A stretch of 63,050 nucleotides of DNA, filler included, from Reticulomyxa filosa (Eukaryota; Protista; Foraminifera), in the NCBI GenBank assembly GCA_000512085.1. It is 17 parts of 17 records of this genome, joined end to end, with 100 filler letters (N's around TTAATTAATTAA, not from the genome) between each part and the next. Parts side by side here need not be neighbours in the genome. Positions count along the whole stretch, not along the records: positions 1 to 3,634 come from ASPP01007722.1; positions 3,735 to 6,732 come from ASPP01019957.1; positions 6,833 to 8,660 come from ASPP01038953.1; positions 8,761 to 15,578 come from ASPP01019061.1; 13 more parts are not named here. One strand, given 5' to 3'. The position numbers and the translations under genes were made by a program. The number at the start of each line of letters is the position of its first letter. Positions within the stretch are counted from its first letter, which is position 1. Shown here one piece after another: positions 1 to 10,067 of the stretch. The notes beneath the pieces are model-generated. The model did not search any database, was not told the DNA's origin, and worked only from the letters and a program-made list of their open reading frames with translations.

Positions 1-105
1 GGTGGAGGACGCGGAGGTGGAGGACGCGGAGGTGGAGGACGCGGTGGTGGAGGACGCGGAGGTGGCCGAGGTCGAGGCCGAGGAGGTGGTCGAGGTGGAG
101 GTGGA
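1..105 (+). repeat. GGGR/RGG coding tandem repeat (ggaggtggaggacgc units)
   Basis: 15-nt unit repeated about 4 times, then GRG variants; in frame with Piwi exon 1. Confidence 0.9.
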
Positions 106-1525
106 CAGCAACGTGCTAAATTCCACGACAAAGCTAGTGCATCGTTAATGGACGAAGTAAACAAACTGAACGATGACGTGGAAGGTGTTCATTTAGTTCG
201 CGTATGGACTTATGAAGAAGTTTTGTATTGTGCAATTACAATTTGCAACATTTTTATTTTTTTTTATTTTTTTTTTTTATTATCAATGTCAATGCGGGAA
301 AACGGCGGGAACCTTGGAACCAATCAGAAACAAAGCATAACATTCATCATTGCTTATGTATTTGTGTAATTTTTATGTTTTTTTTTTGGGGGGGGGGGGG
401 GGCGGGGGAATAAAATAATATTACAGTCGGACTGGGAAAAAGTTGAATCGTTGTCAAAAGGCGAATGTTATTATTTCAATCGAAGCAAAAATGAGACAGT
501 GAAAACAATGCCAGACGAGCTGAAAGATAAAAAGTAAAGTGTGAGTTTTACCGTGAACAAGGTGTGAAATTTGCGGAGCGTCCATCGCAATTTCCAACCC
601 AAGGACTCCCTCCAATCGACAACGTTGTCACCAATGCCTACTTTGTCACTGGCAAACTGCTGACCACACCTATCGCCCATTACATTGTGGAGTTTGACCC
701 CCCAGTCGATCCTGAAAACTCTTTGCTGAGACAGCAAATCGTTTTGGGAAATAAGTTACACTATTTTTTTTTTTTTTTTTTATTTGGCTATTTTGACATT
801 TGATTAAAAAGTAATTTTTGACAACTTTGTTCATCGTTGGTGATAAATAACAATATATTTTGTTGATTTGTGTATGTATGTATCCTTCTCTCTCTCTCTC
901 TCTCTCGAATTGTGTTTTAATACACATTTGTAAAAAGACAGACAAAAGGCAACAACGATCGCTTGTTGCGAGAAAAATTTGGAAACTTCGTATTTGACAA
1001 CCATGCGTTGTATGCAATGGGAAAAAAGGTGCCTCGACAAATCGACAATCTTGCTTTATCCTCAACACGTTAGCTAGCTGTATATGTATACATACGTGCG
1101 CATTTTAAAAAAAAAGAATAATTTGTTTTTTTTTTTTGCAAACTTCATCTCCCCCCCTTGTAGTCTTTCAGTAAAAATGGAGTGAGTCAGTCTTTTTTTG
1201 TGGTTGTGTGACTAACATACCCCCTCCCTCCCCTTTGAATCTTCTTTCTTCTCAAATAGACAAAGTGCGATTTTATTGGTACATGGACTTGTACTTGGAC
1301 AGTCCCGAGATAACAATAGAGCAACAGCAAGCCCTGTTGAACATTTTTAATCGAAGAAAAATGATGGATTCAGGCTTTGTTAAAATCGCTCGGGGATGGT
1401 TCTACTCCAATGCCAAAAAAAGCTCCTCCGTTTAGCGAAATGGATCCAATTGATATCGACGATTGTCGCGTCCTTCAGGGCTACGAGGTTAATTAATTCT
1501 TTTTTTTAGTGTTATCTTTGTATCA

Positions 1526-1560
<35 letters not shown>

Positions 1561-1983
1561 GTCGTTGTTGTTGTGGGACATAAAAAGTGCTCCATTCAAA
1601 TGCTTGCAGCGTCGAAGAAGAGCAGAGGTGGAAATGCAGTGTTCAAGGCAGACACTGCGTCGAAGTTGGTGTCTCGCGAAACCATTCACGACTTGATCAA
1701 ACGAGAATTTGGATCGATGGATCCAAAGTCGTCCGATTTTCGTCAAGCAGTCAAGCAAAGATTGGAGAACAACTACTTTTGTCTTACATACAGTCGTCAA
1801 ACCCAAATGATTGGAGAGATTGACTTTTCTCAAAACGATCAGTCATCTTTCGAACTGCGAGTTTCGTATTTTTTTATATATATACATATATAATATATGT
1901 ATATTATGTACATATTTATATTTTTATGACGAAATGCAAGTAAAATCAATGATATTTTGTTATATGCAATACGTTTCAAAAAC

Positions 1984-2019
<36 letters not shown>

Positions 2020-3546
2020 GGGATGGCGAAAAAATAACCTATGCAAATTATTTGAAAAAAGTTTATGGAATTGACAGTCCGAAAAAAGAACTGTTTGTGA
2101 TGAAAGACAAAACGGGTAAAAAAATGTATTAAGCAGACACAACAATATATACTTATATATATGTATATATTGTGAAATAGGAAGATGCAGCTTTTTGCCG
2201 CAGCACGCTCAATTGACATTGCGATCGGACGCAATTGGCGATACGTACGCGGAGGTATTAGAGACGACGACGATGCCGATCCACGATCGTTTGCGACGTG
2301 TGGACTCATTGGTGACGCACATAAAGAAGGCGGACGAGAAGCGCAAAAACGCGAACAAGAAAGGGCCGACAAAAAAAGGGGATGAGAGCAGCGCGTCGGA
2401 AGTGGACGAAAAGAAAGTGGAAAAGAAAGACGACTTAGCGAGTTTGGATTTTGACATAAAATTAGAGCCATTAGTAATCAAAGCAGTGGAATTGAATTAT
2501 CCTGACATTGTGTACATGAGGAAAGACGGAAAAATAGTAAAGGATAATATCTTGGACTTGCAATGGGGTAAAAGTGGTGGGGGATATTTGGACAAAATGG
2601 TCCCATTGCAACGTTGGGCCATTGTAATCGATGAAAACGATCGCTATATGGAAAGCAATATCCAAAACATTACGCGAGGATGTTATTCGTTTATTGAGTC
2701 GCGCGAATTGCCGCAGAAGATGTTAGGCGAGCCGGACATTATTGGAATCAACTTTAAAGATACCGATTCTTACAGTGATGTGTTAAAAAAGAAGTACCAA
2801 TTGGTGATGTTGGCGCTGCCCGAAGGGGACCTCGGATCGCAATATAAGGCCCAGTTTACTCGCGTGCTGCAATCGAAAGAAGCCGACGAGCGAGCGTGCT
2901 TGATCCAATGTTTGCTCGGAAGAAATGCCACCAATCCAAATGTGATCAAAGGCAGTTTGGATGACGTCATGGCCAAGATCGGGAATGTGTTGTTCCAAAT
3001 CGAGCCCAACTTGCCAAATGGCGACAAGTTTATTGATTTGAAAAAGACGTGGTGTGTAGGCATTGAGTTGTCGCATCGCGCTGGAAAGCCCACGGCCGTA
3101 GTATTGGCGTTGACTACCGCTCCGCTGGAGGGAAGCTTGCGATCATGGCACTTTGCGACGCATTTAAATCCTGCCAAAAAAGACGTCATCTCGCTTGAGG
3201 CCGCGTGCAATTTGATGACCAAAGCTTTGGAAATGGCCGTGGCCGAAGTCGGCGCCAAAAACTTGCCCGCAAATATTATTGTGTTGCGTGGTGGAATGCC
3301 CGACAATCGCTTGCGCGAACTTTACTCCAAAGAGGTGGTCGGAGTGGTTCGTGCTTTGAACACTTTCAAAGAAAAACATTCAAACAACCCAGCAGTCAAA
3401 AGCTGGAAGAGCAAACTCAATTTTACGTCCGTTGCAAAAGTGTCTTGGATCGATTTGGACAGCTTGTCTCTGACGACCAAGGTCCGGATAGCGTTGGTCC
3501 TATTAATGTCCCTGCTGTCATTTATGATGGTGTCACTTCTGAAAGG
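1..3546 (+). CDS. Divergent Piwi/Argonaute protein (partial, multi-exon): RGG tail - WW-like - N - L1 - PAZ - L2 - MID - PIWI
   Basis: Exons read by eye: GGGR repeats (1-110); N domain RP..G..I.NVVTNAYFV..IAHYIVEFDP (564-750); FDNHALY (~995); L1 QALLNIFNRRKMMDSGFVKIARGWF..VLQGYE (1260-1487); PAZ LTYSRQTQMIGEIDF and GEKITYANYLKKVYGI (~2020-2110); MID LIQCLL/MAKIG; PIWI WCVGIELSH, NIIVLRGG, FTSVAKSVLDRF. One-nt homopolymer frameshifts near 530, 1420 and 3437. Both ends truncated. Confidence 0.9.
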
Positions 3547-3634
3547 TACTGTGTTGTTGTATTTTTATTTTTAAACTTATCGACAACTTTTCTCTTCCCT
3601 TTTTAAATTTTCTTGGTTGTTGTGGGGGGGGCGG

Positions 3635-3734
3635 NNNNNNNNNNNNNNNNNNNNNNNNNNNNNNNNNNNNNNNNNNNNTTAATTAATTAANNNNNNNNNN
3701 NNNNNNNNNNNNNNNNNNNNNNNNNNNNNNNNNN
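3635..3734. other. Artificial 100-bp contig spacer; identical spacers start at 6733, 8661, 15579, 32294, 33498, 36513, 38156, 39769, 43587, 44710, 50638, 52339, 57495, 58744 and 60901
   Basis: Identical N-TTAATTAATTAA-N structure 16 times; the 12-mer gives stops in all six frames. Confidence 0.98.
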
Positions 3735-3779
3735 GGTAACATTATTATTACTGTTAATAAAGAATAAAACACATACACA

Positions 3780-4204
3780 CATACAGGAATTGATCCTCAA
3801 ATCGAGTGGCCAATTTGACAGCGGACTTGGCAACGCTATGCGCTTTTCCATTGTATAGTATGGCGTTGTTCACGACTAAACGGACATCTGCTGCAAATTC
3901 ATATGGGTTCTGGTACACCCCCTGTTGCAACTTGGATTTGACAGTGGACAAGTCCATTGGGTGTTTGACCCACTTTCGATAGTCGGGAACACCGTCTTTC
4001 AATGGATCCACGGGGTTTCGAAACACTTGCGAAAAACTCAACTTCATTAGTCCGTCTATCATCTTATTACAGTCCTCCAATGTACTCTTTTCACGCTTAC
4101 TTCGCTGTGAGTGTACACCACTATGCATATGTCCTTCGTTGTCTATTTTTGCATTGCTACTGTTTTCATTGTTATTGTTATTATTGTTATTATTATTATT
4201 ATTG

Positions 4205-4239
<35 letters not shown>

Positions 4240-4430
4240 GCTATTGTTGTTATTATCATTATTATTTGACATCGCGCTTATTTTCATCTCCTCTTTGTTC
4301 ACTTCCGACAATTTTCGTTTTTTCCTTTCTTTCGTTTTGCCATCTCTTTCTCTAGAATTCGTAGCTTTTCTTGCAGTTGTGCCAACATTATTTCGTCTGT
4401 TATTACTGTAGATGTGCTTCTTCGAGGCAT
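3780..4430 (-). CDS. Bromodomain protein, N-terminal part (BET/GTE-like)
   Basis: FRNPVDP..GVPDYRKWVKHPMDLSTVKSKL..Y..FAADVRLVVNNAILYNG bromodomain motif; poly-Asn tract; probable ATG at 4430 with a homopolymer frameshift near 4320. Confidence 0.9.
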
Positions 4431-4729
4431 TTTTTTTTTATATATCTCTTTATTTTTGCACTATATCCGTCAAGTTTTCCACAGTCAACGAAAATTAAAA
4501 ATCGTGTCTTACTGCACTTTTTTCCCCCTTTTTTTTGTCTCCTTTTTTTGTTAAAAAAAATTGTTGTGAATTTTTGTGTTTCTTGGACAAGAGAAGATTC
4601 GATTTGTGAAAATACTTTGAAAAGGAACTAAAGAGCAGGAGCAGCCAAAAAAGAATAGCTTACGAATGAGTTCAATGATTACAAAAAATTTGAAGTTAAT
4701 TTTGGTTAACAAAAAAAAAAACCAAACAC

Positions 4730-5710
4730 TTATTTTGTCTCTTGTTGAAGCTTTGTCAAATTTTCAGCAATGAGTTCTTCAATCATTGCCATTTGTTCTC
4801 TAGTAATCAAAATATTTTTAAAAGAAATTTCCAGCTTTTCTTTTTCCTTCATAATTTCGATCTCGCGTTGCTGCAATTGCATTTCCAATTGTTGTATTTG
4901 ATTCACTTGGGTCTCAGTGCTGTTTAAGATAGTACTTGCGCTCTGGTGCTGTTCTTGCTTTGCAGTTGTGATGGCCAGACTTGACGTTGCCTAACAATCT
5001 CGATCTGTTGTTGTTTCAATTTGACAAGCATTACTGTCATTTGTCGTTCCATTTCCATTATTTTCATTTTACCACTGGTAAGAAAAGAAGTGGTGGATTT
5101 CTGGAATGTAGCTGATTTGACATCATCACATTAAGGAAAAGAGGGGAAAAGGGAGGGCGGAGGGGACCCCATACGTAAAAAAAAAACTTAGTCATGTTAC
5201 ATTGGAATTACGTATACAAAGGCGTGTACTTCAAAACAATTGATATATCACCTAACCTAACACACGTTGGAAATATGTCCAACAAAACAATCGCATGTCC
5301 AAGTGGCCGGCTTGAAGCTTGCATAACTTTTTTATTGCGTGCTCTAACTTCTTAAGGCCCTCGATCGTCTGTGCTGTCCCGGGATCCTTGATCCTCTCTA
5401 TACTCTCGCTTTTACTTTGGTTACTCGGACAAAACAATATCTTGCATATATGCGCAAATATACATATGTCTGATGGACTTTCGTCCAACACTTGTTTCAG
5501 TGTTTTCAATAAGTTGTCTTCGCTTGACAATACGTTTACACTCTTTTCTTCTTCAAGAAATCTCTTTACTAACCAACTTCGGTTGCTTTGATCGAACACA
5601 AATTTATTTTGGAACTTACTCACTAGTGACGTTACACAGACAACTTCATAACATGTCATATATTCTGCTATACATTGCCAATATGTTGTGTTTTGCAGAA
5701 TGTTATCCAT
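4730..5710 (-). CDS. F-box-like protein with C-terminal coiled coil (probable intron)
   Basis: N-terminus ILQNTTYWQCIAEYMTCYEVVCVTSLVSK resembles an F-box; 3' part is a Q/E/K-rich coiled coil containing one in-frame TAG and a homopolymer slip. Confidence 0.5.
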
Positions 5711-6098
5711 TTTTTTTTTTGGCAGCCACGACTTTTAAGGTACGGGAGTGTCGGTTTGTTGTTCTTGTAGTTGTATTATTGCGTTTTTATTTTAGTAAAA
5801 CTTTTGCTTTACAAGTACTTCAACGTAATGTTGATATCGGATCTTGTCAAAACTACTGATTAGAGCAAACAGAGAATAAAATAAAACAGTAATACTTAGA
5901 GATTCATCTTAATAATTCCTGAAAAATTTAAACTTGTCCAAATAATTTCTTGTGTGAAGATTCTGAAATAAGCAATAGAAAAACAAAATTTCAGTTCAAA
6001 TTAAAAAAGAAAATGTCAAACTTTTGAATTATTCCGTGAATTTAGTAATCTCTTACCTTGATTCCACTGAAATAATCGAATCTTCTTTAGTTTCGGAG

Positions 6099-6652
6099 AT
6101 GAATCTATTTCGAAAACGTCAAGGTTCGCTTGAGATGGAGTATAAATTTTGCCTAACGTTTGAAAAGTTGGTGCTGGCAAGTGAGAAGCAGCACTTGTAC
6201 GCCCGAATCCGACTAAAGGACAAGAGTAAGAAGCAAAAGCGAGCAAAAGACTCAGAAATGAAGCTAATGACACAGTGGCGTCGAGGAAAAGATGTATTTT
6301 CGATTCACGAGACGCTCGTGCTAAGGACTAGTTTATCGTATGATATGACAGACACAGCTACAACAGCAGCGGCAGTGACAACAGCAGCAGCAAAGGAAAC
6401 GACAACAACAAAAACAACAACGAATGGAGAAAAGCAAACGACAGAAGAAATTGTGGCCAACTCGTTCCAACCGAAAAACGTAAAGTTAGTTGTGGAAACA
6501 CGGGACAACATGACCACCAAGCCAACAGTACATAGCAGCCACGCTATGAATTTGGCCGCGTACGTCGACGTCAACAAGCCCAACAAAACATTTGAGGTCA
6601 ATCTCCCATTGAAAAATGGGAAAAAATCGAACAAGCAAGTTTCACTCCAAGT
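6099..6652 (+). CDS. NT-C2 (EEIG1/EHBP1-type N-terminal C2) domain protein, partial
   Basis: YKFCLTFEKL..QWRRG..ETLVLRTSL..FQPKNVKLVV..MNLAAYV..VNLPLK pattern. Confidence 0.7.
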
Positions 6653-6842
6653 TTGAGCAATGTGTTTTCAATTTCATAAAATTAAATAAATGAATATATA
6701 AATATATATATATATATATTTATATATTCATTNNNNNNNNNNNNNNNNNNNNNNNNNNNNNNNNNNNNNNNNNNNNTTAATTAATTAANNNNNNNNNNNN
6801 NNNNNNNNNNNNNNNNNNNNNNNNNNNNNNNNCCTGATAAGC

Positions 6843-7037
6843 TTATTTGTCAAACTTCAAGCTCTTATAAATCATTAAGCCAATTAGCAATGGCGACAAT
6901 ATAAAGAACCAAACAACACAACCAGATAACAATATTACCGCAAACATGAACCAAATATAGAAAACAATTTTGAAGTAATAATAATCAGAAGCACTTAATT
7001 TAAAAGGCCATATAGGCGACATTTCACTCCAACACAT
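6843..7037 (-). pseudogene. 3' part of a small bacterial membrane-protein gene truncated by the IS
   Basis: Hydrophobic ORF beginning exactly at the IS left boundary. Confidence 0.35.
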
Positions 7038-8176
7038 GGCTTTGTTGCATGAATCAAGGTACAGACGTAGAACTGCCTTTCGTCAGAAAGTAGGCGAATT
7101 TTTTAGAGCAAGGCATACCGAGTCCTACCATTTTATTTAGAATATTTACTGCAATTTTACTTTCTGTTTTTTGACTTGAGAATGATCTCGACCTTAATTT
7201 ATTCCCTATAATTGTTTTGTACCTATACATTCCGTTTTCCGCTCTTGCACGTCTGCCGTAATCAGCATGCTTTTGCCATCGCTGCCTGCTTTTTTCAAAA
7301 ACTCTAATGTTATCGACCCTTAACTTAGAATCCGTAGGCATTTCTGGCCTAAACCCGAGATTCGGAGGTATAGCGGCCTTTATTTCAAGACCATTGCCAT
7401 ACTTCTCTTGGTGCGCAATCATCGCATCATATACAGATGGTTGGTCATACGCGCCATCTCCTAACACTGTATCTATCGGACTACTAATTTGGTTGAGTAG
7501 GTTAGGTGCCGTTGCAGAGTCGCTTATATCGTGAAATGTCAATTCCGATCCCAATATTATGCCATGGTCATCTACCGCAATATACAGCTTTCTCCAGGAT
7601 TTTCTGGTCTTAGTGAGTTTATATTTTTCTTTTTGCCACTCTTGCTCTCCATATATTTTCAAGCCGGTACTATCAATAAAAACTACTATCCCTTCATCTC
7701 TACGTATCGCTGGCGCAGTAACGTTTATACTTTTGGATCTTCTTGAAATAGTAGTGAAATCTGGAACTTCTAACTCCAGCCCTAATAACTTAACAATAGA
7801 TTCTACCAATCTTTCTGTTTGACGAAGTCTCTGCCTAAATACAAAGCTCAAGGTTATGCATGTTTCGATAGAAAAATCGGAGTATAAGAGCTGCCCGCCA
7901 CGCTTCCTTATTTTAAAAAAATCTACTTTCCATTTACTTATCACGTCGCTGGAAACCCAGATTGTTAGGCTGCCTCGATTTTTCAAACCTTCGTCATATA
8001 GCCTTGAATTGCTTGGCTTATATAATGGCTTTTTGAATTTATCACGATAAGGCTCTTTAAGCTTGTATGGCATGATGTTCCACATTAATGATTGCTCTCA
8101 AAAATACATCCTTCAATCAAATGTTCAATATCTCAATTGGATACAATACTCAAAATCCGATTCATGCAACAAAGCC
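7038..8176 (-). mobile_element. IS5-family (IS903 group) insertion sequence, 1139 bp
   Basis: Perfect 18-bp TIRs GGCTTTGTTGCATGAATC (7038-7055 and 8159-8176) resembling IS903 ends; encloses a transposase. Confidence 0.95.
7054..8085 (-). CDS. IS5/IS903-type DDE transposase, apparently intact
   Basis: RGSLTIW, PDFTTISRR, IDSTGLK, WRKLYI, GDGAYD, RARAENGMYRYK motifs; no introns. Confidence 0.95.
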   Translation of the reverse strand: MWNIMPYKLKEPYRDKFKKPLYKPSNSRLYDEGLKNRGSLTIWVSSDVISKWKVDFFKIRKRGGQLLYSDFSIETCITLSFVFRQRLRQTERLVESIVKLLGLELEVPDFTTISRRSKSINVTAPAIRRDEGIVVFIDSTGLKIYGEQEWQKEKYKLTKTRKSWRKLYIAVDDHGIILGSELTFHDISDSATAPNLLNQISSPIDTVLGDGAYDQPSVYDAMIAHQEKYGNGLEIKAAIPPNLGFRPEMPTDSKLRVDNIRVFEKSRQRWQKHADYGRRARAENGMYRYKTIIGNKLRSRSFSSQKTESKIAVNILNKMVGLGMPCSKKFAYFLTKGSSTSVP

Positions 8177-8183
8177 GATAAAT

Positions 8184-8246
8184 ATGAGCAGGAAAATCCA
8201 CAATAGCGAGCAGATCATTAGGATGTTGCGGCAAGGAGAAGTGTTG
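8184..8246 (+). pseudogene. IS3-family OrfA N-terminal fragment
   Basis: MSRKIHNSEQIIRMLRQGEVL resembles IS3/IS407-type OrfA starts. Confidence 0.6.
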
Positions 8247-8361
8247 CCATTAATATTACCTCTTTAGGAAAATGGGCTTCTTTAAATTCTATCATATCTT
8301 TACTGCTTTTTGGTCTCTATTACTCTATCTTAACATAAATCTTTAATTTTGCGACAGAGCC
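8247..8361 (-). mobile_element. IS6-family left end with truncated transposase start
   Basis: Terminus GGCTCTGTCGCAAA (IS26/IS6-like) at 8361; ATG at 8295 gives MIEFKEAHFPKEVILM, like IS6 FKGRHF..IIL. Confidence 0.75.
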
Positions 8362-8537
8362 CTTAGTGATAAACTCCTCTCCTATGGTATTAAGTTGCCT
8401 CCCACATAACTGTAATGAGTTACTCGCTTCTGAATGCCTGCAAGAGCGATGGAGCTAGTAGTTCGTATTACCTGCTATTAATTTATGGTAGATATGGTAC
8501 CATATGAAAACATAAAATTAGATTGAATAGGAAAGAG

Positions 8538-8660
8538 ATGAGCAGATATTTAGATGCAACAAACGACCTGGCATTTAAGAAGGTATTTTCAGATAAGGGA
8601 ATAATGAAAGACTTTTTAAATAGTATCCTGGGAGAATCATGGGGAAGTATAATAGAGGAA
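8538..8660 (+). CDS. Rpn / PD-(D/E)XK nuclease-family putative transposase, N-terminal fragment
   Basis: MSRYLDATNDLAFKKVFS..MKDFLNSIL, the typical LDP.ND.AFKK.F start; cut by contig end. Confidence 0.85.
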
Positions 8661-10067
8661 NNNNNNNNNNNNNNNNNNNNNNNNNNNNNNNNNNNNNNNN
8701 NNNNTTAATTAATTAANNNNNNNNNNNNNNNNNNNNNNNNNNNNNNNNNNNNNNNNNNNNCTCCAGGTTCTCTACACGCGCTAAAAAACCAAAACAAAAA
8801 GAATCAAATTAATGTTAAGATAAACAATAATTAATTGGACAAAAACTTAAAAAAAATTCAATATATAAGATTAAAAAGTGAAATTGGTCTAATCATTGTG
8901 AGTACCACATATGTGCTAGTATATGATGTGGTCTAACCTTGCATCCTTTTGCCTTCATAAGTCATGAAAAATTTAAAAATAATTTGAAAAATAACAATTT
9001 TTAAATTAAACCAAAAAAAAGGATTCTAAAATATGTGTAAATTGTTTTGTTTTTTGTAAGTTAATAATAATCATTGTGCACTTGGTTGCTTCTTGGTTCG
9101 GCGACAAATCCGGAAAATGCGCTTCTCATGAATAGAATGTTCTTTTTTCGAATTTGGTCTTCAATGTCTTTTCTTTGACATTTGAGATCATGGCTAACTC
9201 TGGTCACATGCCAGATGAATGTTTTTATTTATTTTTTTTTGATCAATCTAATAAAACGTTATTATAAAACTTTTTTATATTAAAACTACAAGTTTTTAAA
9301 AATTAGTGTTAAATGTTTATTTTTCATGAAGAAAATAGGTTCTCTTCATATGGATGCCATTTACACAGTCAGTTTTTTTTCAATATACTGTAATGCATAA
9401 GTCAAATTTGGGAAAGGATTGAAAACGTCAACAACGAAAAACTTGATAATTTTCACCACTACAAAGCTAGTCCAAACGTCTAAAAGTTCGTCACCTTGGA
9501 ACAGTACCAGATACAAACAGCAATATGCATGAGCTAGAGAAAATTTGCATTGCAAAACAATACTGTGGTTTTTGTTAAAAAAGTAATCAAACAAAGAAGA
9601 ATGCATGTTGTACAATGTACAGTGACAAGTAATCATAATTAACCCCATTAAGAGTTGTTCTTACGTTTTCAAATCTAGTCATCAGATTCTATTCGTAACC
9701 TAGTTTTACTACATCAATGAGTGCAAGTACTAAGTGTAATACAAGCTTTGCTTATTTTGAGTAAATTCAATAGCTTAAAAAACATATCATACATAATCAC
9801 CGTTCTCAGTCAAATCGACAATTGAATAAGGCTATGTTTCGCCTCACACAATTTTTGTTCGATTTCTGGAAACAATAATTGAATTAAGAATGTGGCGCTT
9901 GGGATAAAATTTTTTAAATTAGTAATGGGGATATAGTATTACAAATAAAATTTGGCATTAACATATTAGATTGTTCAAAATGAGCCAATCAGTTAACTTA
10001 TGAAAAAAAAGAAAAGTAAACACCATTGAAATCTCCAATCAAACCACTTTTTGCCAAAAAAAAAAGT

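Noticed and set aside
4002-4411. Poly-Leu/poly-Tyr ORFs, and similar ones at 24096, 52691-52962 and 57602
   Set aside because: Antisense or alternate-frame shadows of poly-Asn and PT repeats.
4985-5000. In-frame TAG in the F-box-like gene as stop-codon reassignment
   Set aside because: A single instance; the long host exons elsewhere (e.g. Piwi, PrpD) show no recurrent in-frame TAG, so error or a wrong exon model is likelier.
1-8660. Argonaute near a nuclease and IS elements as a prokaryotic pAgo defence system
   Set aside because: The Argonaute has spliceosomal introns and an RGG tail, and lies on a different contig from the bacterial genes.
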